This document shows positions 35,874-43,215 of a stretch of DNA of 43,215 bases, piece by piece (position 1 is the stretch's first letter; every line of letters starts with the position of its first letter). Under the pieces are notes generated by a model. The model did no database searches. It had not been told where the DNA came from and saw only the letters and a list, made by a program, of their open reading frames with translations. Origin of the DNA: Catajapyx aquilonaris (taxonomy: Eukaryota); contig JYFJ02003362.1 of the NCBI GenBank assembly GCA_000934665.2, positions 1 through 43,215 on the forward strand. Direction: 5' to 3'. Position numbers and translations under genes: made by a program.

Positions 35874-36093
35874 ACCGCGTACGGATGATGTTAAGGGCAA
35901 CGTGATTCGAACGCGATTTATTCGTTCGCGACTCTGCTTTTTAATTCGGCCGGAAGAGGCGCTGCAGGGCTCTACTTTCAAGCGTCTCCGCCAGAGGGAA
36001 AACTTTCAAAAAAAAATCTTCCCGCCTTTTAGACAAAAAAAAATGCAGCGTACTTTTTATTTTTGCTGCAGCAGTTTATACATTATACAATAA

Positions 36094-38809
36094 TTACGAG
36101 TACAGTATGTACTGCAGAATAATTAGAGCGCACTGATTCATTATTGCGCTGCTTGAAGCTGATGAAGTGTCTTTGCAGTGCTGTCCAAGGCTTGTCTTTG
36201 TCTGTTGGTTAAGTAAACCTCGCATGTTGCTGCAGTAAGGATGATGGAAATTATGCATGTAATGAGACTTGTACACGACGAGCCACGCCTCGGTGCAATC
36301 ACACTGAAGATCATTACCTGAAATCACAAACAATAATAATGTGATTCATTGTGAGAGACAATGGGTGGAATTTTCGTCGTACAAGTTATACTTTAGTACC
36401 AGTGTAATTAATACAATGGTACTGCTAATAAGTTAACCGTAACTAATAAGTAGTACGACGAAAATTCTACCCAATCAAACAGCACCTCAGATTTTTTTAA
36501 ATACATCTTTTGAGGTGTATTTCCATCATATTAACCCGCAATTTTTATTATCGCACTGTACTCACAATTTGCGGAATTAATTCATGGTAATTGTTTTTTT
36601 ATTTTATATACATTTTTTAAAATCAAAATACTGTATAGCAGTTTACCTGTTCTTCGCACGGGAATTTTACATATAAAAGCATAAAAGGTAAAGCATGTCG
36701 GTATGTCCCAGCGGCGTAGCCAGGAAATTTGTAAGGGGCGGGGGGGGGGGGTCGTGTGAGGGTAGAACGAAGAGGCCCGCCGCAGGCGAAATTTTTTTTT
36801 GCTGTTCAAGCTCAATAAGCTACAATATTTGCGCATGTGCGTTTTAACACCTTAAAATAATTGCGGATTGGAACTATAATAATTATTTTTTGGGTCCGGG
36901 GGGGGGGGGGTTACAACTACGGGAATTTTACATATAAAAGAATAAAAGGTAAAGCATGTCGGTATGTCCTATTGCGCTCCCCTCTACCGCCCCGCCCCCA
37001 CGGGTCGCCATAGCAACAGGTTATTACCATAGCAACGGGATTCTTCGATTCCCGTTGCTATGGTAACCTCCCCGTTGCTATGGAGACCCTCGGGGGCGGT
37101 TTAGGGGAGCGAAATAGGACATACCGACATGCTTTCCCTTTCATATACAGGGTGGTCCAAGTTCAAGTGTCGTTTTATATCGGCGATTAATAGCAGTGAT
37201 TTTGCGATGACGTAGCAGCGACGAGTAAAATGTCCCACTTCGGCGCATCTTCGGCGCAATCGAAGTGGGCAATTTTACACGTCGCTGCTACGTCATCGTT
37301 AAGCGCTTCTATTAATCGCCGTTATAAAACGACACTTGAACTTGGACCACCCTGTATATAAAATTCCCAAATATTCGTGGATATCCACTGGACGTCCAGG
37401 GGATTTTAGCCCGACATCCCATGGATGTTCATGGGATATTCGTGTGCTATACTTGGGTCCATTTTATATATAAAATTGGGGTGTTATGATTGAAGCATTA
37501 GCGTATTGGTTACCTCCGACATGTATGATCGTTGAAGTCGAGTTGTCCAGCAATCCTCTGAAGGTATCCTCCGGAAGATGGGTCAGATTGTTGTATGCCA
37601 AACCTATTTCGAGTTGTCCAATGTTCCCGAAGGATTGAGGGCTTATTGCGGATATGTGGTTCTCGTCTAGGTAGAACTTTGCTGCGGATTGGAGTTTGCT
37701 GGAGAAGTGAAGACTTTGGTTCGGAAGCTCGTGTAGTTGGTTGGAATGCAGGTCGAGCTTCTGGAGGTTGATCAGACCGGAGAAGGCAAGACGTCCCAGG
37801 GTCCTTATCCGGTTTCTGGACAAATCCAGGACGTTCAGGTTGCGATGCACGACCGAGAAGGACCGGTCTGGTATTTCGGTCAGACGATTGTCGTTCAGTC
37901 GTAACGTTTGAAGCTGAGGAAGTCGATTGACCAACTCGAACGGAAATGTGATCAGAGGTGACGAAGCTGTAATTATTATCCGAAACTCCTTATTAGTGTC
38001 TAAAACAAAAATATGGAATTGGGTAGGCGTTGTCTCCACACGCGCTGACTCATCACCAACGTGCATGTAGTACCAATAGTTACCACCATGGTAGCAGTGT
38101 GCAGAGACGGTGCGCGCCATCTGTTTGTGGCATATAGTAATACGTCCATTGTGTGGAGGGCTGGGCAGGGTTGCCAAATTTTGGCTTTCCGCAGTTTATG
38201 TAATCACAAACACTATATACTCACATATTTCTAGGACCTTGATAGTCGCGCTCATTCCAGTAAAAGCGTCATCGTCGCAGCTTGTAAACTGGACATGATG
38301 TAGCAGAATCCTCTCGGCCAAAAGGTCATTAAAGAGAGGCCGCGTGATTGGCCCCGTGATTCCGGTGTTGCTGACGGACAGGATGTGAAGACAATGCAAA
38401 GTTCCAGTGATGACAGTGAATAACTTCCTGTCGTCCACATAGTCGCAGTACAAGCTCGGATATTCGGCTCGATCTGGATGATGCTCACACTATACGAATA
38501 AAAGAAAGGAATTGGGTGCATTCAACATATGGGAACCGAACCCGGTCCAGACCAATGTCCACTGAAGACGAAAACAGCTTTCGGCGTATAGATGTTGGCA
38601 TGATATCAATCAGGCTGCAAAATTGTGGACCGGTTCCGGACCCAGCTCAGTTTCCTCAAGCCAATCTGTATAAATAAACTTTATGAAAGACATCCTCTTA
38701 CCAAACATGCACTAAGTAATTCTGTGTCTGAGGGGCAACTAATAAATTCTCCAGCAAGTCCAGTTGCAACAGTAGTTAGTGCCAGTACCCATAATTGTAC
38801 CGAGCACAT
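36094..38809 (-). CDS. Secreted/possibly GPI-anchored leucine-rich repeat protein (349 aa), Oplophorus luciferase non-catalytic subunit-like architecture
   Basis: Exons 38809-38702, 38489-38225, 37966-37514, 36317-36094. Signal peptide MCSVQLWVLALTTVATGLA, LRRNT CPSDTELLSACLC, typical LRRs (LQTLRLNDNRL, LNVLDLSRNRI, LQKLDLHSNQL), LRRCT GNDLQCDC...W, and a Ser-rich plus hydrophobic C-terminal tail. Confidence 0.88.
36921..37368. mobile_element. Palindromic MITE interrupted by a nested mariner-type MITE
   Basis: Outer arms GGGAATTTTA...AAAGCATGTCGGTATGTCCTATT / AATAGGACATACCGACATGCTTT...TAAAATTCCC. A partial duplicate of the left arm at 36660-36709 is followed by a hAT-like CAGCGGCGTAGCCAGG end. 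Confidence 0.8.
37148..37354. mobile_element. Tc1/mariner-type MITE (nested)
   Basis: TA|CAGGGTGGTCCAAGTTCAAGTGTCGTTTTATA ... TATAAAACGACACTTGAACTTGGACCACCCTG|TA. Perfect 32-bp TIR, largely palindromic interior. Confidence 0.9.
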
Positions 38810-38979
38810 TTCAGGTCGTGATGTCGATATGTCGTATGTGAACTTGAAGACAGCAACGTAATCTAATCGCCAACTGATAATATGCATGAGTTATACTACC
38901 TGTCATCTTCCTATGGAATGTTGAATTTATCATAAGTTGTTTAAATCATAGTTGTAAAAACTTGCCATTTTTTTCTTGG

Positions 38980-39323
38980 TTCGGTAAGAGGCGCTAACAT
39001 TCGATTTCCTCGTCTCTCTGTTTGGGGCCGTTGCCAAGGCTGGCGGCCATTTTGAAGTGTGGGCAACGCCAACGAGGTATAAATAGGGTCAAGAGCTCTT
39101 GATAGGGTACAGGCTGAAATAGGGTCCGCCATCTTTGATTCGCGCGTGTTCATCTTGCCGTGTAGCTGCCATGACCGCGCCAAAACCATCAAAGATGGCG
39201 GACCCTATTTTTGCCTGTACCTATTATTTATACCTCGTTGGCGTTGCCCACACTTCAAGATGGCCGCCAGCCTTGGCAACGGCCCCAAACAGAGAGACGC
39301 GGAAATCAATGGCGCTGACCGAA
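38980..39323. mobile_element. Long palindromic foldback element between the divergent LRR and OBP-like genes
   Basis: Arms of ~140 bp: CGTCTCTCTGTTTGGGGCCGTTGCCAAGGCTGGCGGCCAT...GGGTCCGCCATCTTTGAT mirrored by ATCAAAGATGGCGGACCC...GGCCCCAAACAGAGAGACG. Confidence 0.85.
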
Positions 39324-39828
39324 GTTTGCGCCTCTTTATATGTAGTAGGTGCTCCCTGGTTCGGTACAGTTATGGTTCAAGTGAATGCATTACACAATAA
39401 TGTCAAGGGAAGTCCTGACCCAAAAGCTAAGTCACATTATACTGTATTATTAGCTCCTGACTGTATATAGGAAGTTGTCTGGTCAGTTATGCCGGTTCTC
39501 CATCGAAATAACTGTGATTTTGCTGAAAACATATCCTAGAGATAGTGATGCTGGGCCCCTTCGAAGCTATAACCCACACAGGTCAACACAGATAGTGCGG
39601 GAATGTCATATCTTTGCTTCATAATAGGCGAATCTCACTTTGGGTGTCACGAATCCGTAGCCCCCCTTTTCATTATTAGATCTGACAGATACATATTCAT
39701 CAGGCTGCAACATCCTGAGGGGGGCTCATTTGCATATGGCTCTTCATGGCAACAATGCAATAAAATATATGAATTTATTATTTTTTCTTCGTGTCCGATC
39801 TGTTCGTGTGGCTAGTCTGCTGTAAGCC

Positions 39829-40609
39829 ATGGCTCGAGTTATTAGGAGTTTGATATTGTCGCTGGTTATTAGTTCGATTCTGTTTGATGCTGCGCTGGCC
39901 ATTGGTGGTTGCGATTTTGGACAGGCAGACATCCTGGAATTTCTTATTCCGGCCAAGGAATGCCTGGACGAACATCCGACCAATCAATTAGTAAGTGGAC
40001 TCCAATACTTAATAATTAACCAAACTGATGATTGATTGATGATCAAGAGAGCTGTTTGGAAATATGTTTTTCTTGACATAATTAATTCGGTGACGTCATT
40101 TAATTACAGTGCTGGATGAAATGCTTTGGAATGAGGCTGGGGATGGTAAGCCACAATTTGACAGAATTTGGTTCGAATGTGCTCAGTATGTTTAGTGCAT
40201 GAATTATTGTGCGCAGGTGGACGAAAATGGAAACGTTCACATGGACGCAGTTGAGACGCATTTGAACAAGATTCCGCCTGGAAAGCTGAAAAACGCGTTT
40301 ATCAAGGCAAAGAATAAGTGCGCCAAAGAGAGTAAGTGAGGCTTTTTTTTATAAAAAAAATCCTACATTACACTTAAAATGGTTTAAACCTCGTTTTTTA
40401 TTTCGTATATCCGCAATGCAGAAGTGGACAACAAGAAGGCATACTGTCAAGGCTACCTCGGCATCGGTCTTTGCATCAGAAAGATATTAGTGAAGGTACG
40501 TATACTAATTGCCCCTGATGAAGTGTAATTGCACCTGACGTTACAAATGTAATGACTTCATTGTCACTTTTAGAGTTGCCCCGAGATGATGCAGATCTTC
40601 AAGCAGTAA
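39829..40609 (+). CDS. Odorant-binding-protein-like secreted protein (140 aa, 8 Cys, Plus-C-like)
   Basis: Exons 39829-39990, 40110-40145, 40217-40331, 40422-40495, 40574-40609. Signal peptide, CWMKCFGMRLGMVDENGNV (C-x3-C plus G..D..G motif), C-x8-C and a terminal CP. Cys at 28, 45, 55, 59, 101, 113, 122, 131. Confidence 0.78.
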
Positions 40610-41002
40610 TCATGCAGGCAAACTCAGCACCAAAAAACACTAAACTGCTGCTGCTGCTCTATGTACTGAAAATTGTAACAATTAAAACCGCCTATTTCTT
40701 CTAGCCTACATCATTTAGAGATATTATAATTAAAAGACAACCTTGATTTGACAGTGTGTGTTTGAGCACTGCAATATTCACATCTGGTTATGTAAGGCAA
40801 ATGAAACAAGTACTTGAGTAGATTTAACACTATTAGGACAAAAATGGTCATTGTTGTTGTCTGGGGTCACCAACAAAGAGACCTGGTCAGATGCTAACAG
40901 TCTACTTCTTTTAATACCTTTTTTTTTACATACTCATTTCTTTTAATATACTTTCTTTAACACTCTTTAACAATGGAAAATATAGTTATCAGAACTGCAG
41001 TA

Positions 41003-42153
41003 TTATGGGTAGTGTGCTATGGTCATTCCTCGTCCAACTCCGAGTGACTGATACTGGTATTGTTCAATGTCTCCAAATAACCCAGGCGGAGGAGGGATGT
41101 TGGACTGCCTCACAGAACCTGAAATGTCCAAATTACATCTCTTTATACTTTAAAAAATACTTTCGAAACAGAAGCAGCGTATTGTAATTAAAAAATTAAC
41201 AAATAAAAATCGGTTGGAAACCAGAATGAAGCTGACCTCGACCAAAAGTCCTGACGATTATCTCTTTCTCAACGGCTGCTGGAGAAGCATGACCTTTGCC
41301 CTCGACGTGGCTGACCTTTGCTTTGGCCAGAAGCGACGGCATCCCTGGCATGGTCGGACCAAAACGAGGAAGACGCATCGGCTTCTCCATGTCCTTCGTC
41401 GACTCCTCAACAGTGAACTTCGTGAAGACTTTTGATGCACTGACCATACAAGGAGGATCGTCTGATCTGAAATATTTTAAAAAGAGGGATTAATCCTACA
41501 AAAATTAAATGCAATTAATGTTCAACGTACGTTATCCCTTGAAACAGGTCGAACTGAGCTTTGCGAAAAGCCTTTCGCTGTGCCTTGGTCTTGGCTTGTG
41601 GGACACTATAGAAATAATGTGGACAGATAGTTTGCTGCTGTTCAAAATGCTGATGGGGGTCTACTTACACCAGGTATGCTTGTTTCGATAGCTTAATTTT
41701 TGGGTCGTATGTCTTCCTGCTGCCTCTGTTGAGGTCATCTTCATCGTCTTCCTCCCAGTTCTCCTCCGATGCTGCCATCACCATCTCGACAGATGATGAT
41801 GGATCTGGCTTGCTCACAGCAAACGCCGACTGGGCCTGTCCCTCAACTTTTAATTATTGAAGAAGAAAAAAATGTCAAGATCAGCACACTTTTTTAAATG
41901 TTGGGTACGTGACAAATAATTATACTGAACTGAGAAAGACGTCGTTGAAGAGTATGACCCCTGCTTGACACAGATTCTCGTGGAAGCGTAGCTCCATCTT
42001 CCTGACGTGATGTGACGAGTCGAATCGACATATCCCGATCTCCTCGCAGGGGTGGTTCCTCCTGCATTTGACCAGGTGTGAGGCCAGCTTCTCTCCAAGG
42101 ACCATGTGGGACTCGTTGTACGGACACTGGTACATCTTCTCGTCGACGGACAT
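41003..42153 (-). CDS. GTSF1: Gametocyte-specific factor 1 / Asterix homolog (tandem CHHC zinc fingers, ~273 aa)
   Basis: Exons 42153-41931 (weak GTTCAG donor), 41846-41669, 41605-41531, 41466-41237, 41118-41003. CPYNESH...HLVKC and CRFDSSH...HENLC fingers, followed by ENWEEDD, TYDP and TKAQRKAFR as in invertebrate GTSF proteins. The frame is open upstream of the ATG, so the start may lie further 5'. Confidence 0.85.
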
Positions 42154-42616
42154 GCCGAACACCGCGTTGCTTCGTAGCCCCACGATCTGGGCAGGGTGTG
42201 ACAGCCCTTGAGCTGATGGCAGCAATCATTGAACCTTTTCATTAATAAACTCAACGCTTCGAAGGTTAATTAACAACACAACTATTATACCACATGACAT
42301 GTTGGCGGGTATGTAGACACAACACCACTGATGGAAAAGATCTTCACTGGTCCTACTTCGCGCACACACTGACTCAAGAATGATGCAAAAACTGATATGC
42401 AGTGCTGCAGTTGCATTGTCCAACATAACTGCTGCATTGGACCATATGTAGCATATATAACCCATAATGATATGTGCCGAATTATTTTTGTTATGATTTT
42501 GTTAAATGAGTACCGGTACTGTAAGTGACGAACTTACATAATGATTAAAAATGTAACAACTATTATTGTGAATTTTGTGTACTGTAGTTGCCTAATGTTG
42601 ATCCTAATGGCTTGAC

Positions 42617-42648
<32 letters not shown>

Positions 42649-42773
42649 CATCATCATCATCATCATCATCACTGCGTTTCCCAAACACAAATGTGTTAAA
42701 TAATAAAAATAAAAATAAAAATAAAAATAATAATGATGATGATGATGATGATGATAATAATAATAATAATAAC

Positions 42774-42824
<51 letters not shown>

Positions 42825-42889
42825 GATAATAATAATAATAATAATAATAATGATGATGATGATGATGATGATGATGTTAATAATAATAT
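42617..42889. repeat. Compound trinucleotide microsatellite (CAA/CAT/GAT/AAT)
   Basis: Directly visible. It explains the poly-Q/H/D/N/I/M ORFs. Confidence 0.95.
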
Positions 42890-43215
42890 GCGAACATGTC
42901 GCCTTAACATCAGGGCGAAATAAAAAGTATTAACTTTCTTCCGAAGTATGATATCAATTTTTTGGGAGATTTCAGCTGCATTCACCAAAAAAAAACCTTA
43001 GATTTATACCAACGGATAATTACAACTTTTTAATTTACTTTCAAAAGAGCAACACTAACGTATTTAAAATAGTGGCTGCTCCGAGATGCTTAATAACGAT
43101 TTATTTACAGTTGAGCACTTATTTGGTAAGTAATACGGCACATATGTTTTTACATAAGTGGCAATGTGGTTGTTGCCTTCAACAGATTGTTTCTGTATGT
43201 ACATTTTTCAAACAA

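Noticed and set aside
40513..40545. CTGATGA plus stem resembling a minimal hammerhead ribozyme
   Set aside because: The required GAAA core after stem II is absent.

Overview
Intron-rich invertebrate nuclear DNA, most likely arthropod (OBP-like, MADF-BESS and Oplophorus-type LRR genes, and an arthropod-style p53 DNA-binding domain). Positions 1-11.5 kb carry no credible coding exons, only minisatellites, MITE/foldback elements and possible Helitron remnants. From 11.6 to 42.2 kb I assembled eight spliced genes by hand using GT-AG sites and phase checks: a p53-family gene (-) with a deleted piggyBac relic in one intron and a tRNA-derived SINE just upstream; a 213-aa coiled-coil gene (+) head-to-head with p53 that aligns by eye to SYCP3; RRM2 (-); a MADF-BESS factor (+); a divergent cullin-1 with an Arg/Pro-rich N-terminal extension (-); a secreted LRR protein (-); an 8-Cys odorant-binding-protein-like gene (+); and GTSF1 (-). 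The most interesting signals are the candidate SYCP3 sharing a six-CCAAT bidirectional region with p53, and E2F/CDE-CHR (DREAM-type) motifs in four neighbouring promoters, which suggest a germline/meiosis/genome-defence cluster. Also notable are two back-to-back GC-rich hairpin-forming units with no ORF explanation, and several palindrome arrays. All homology calls come from remembered family motifs, not database searches.
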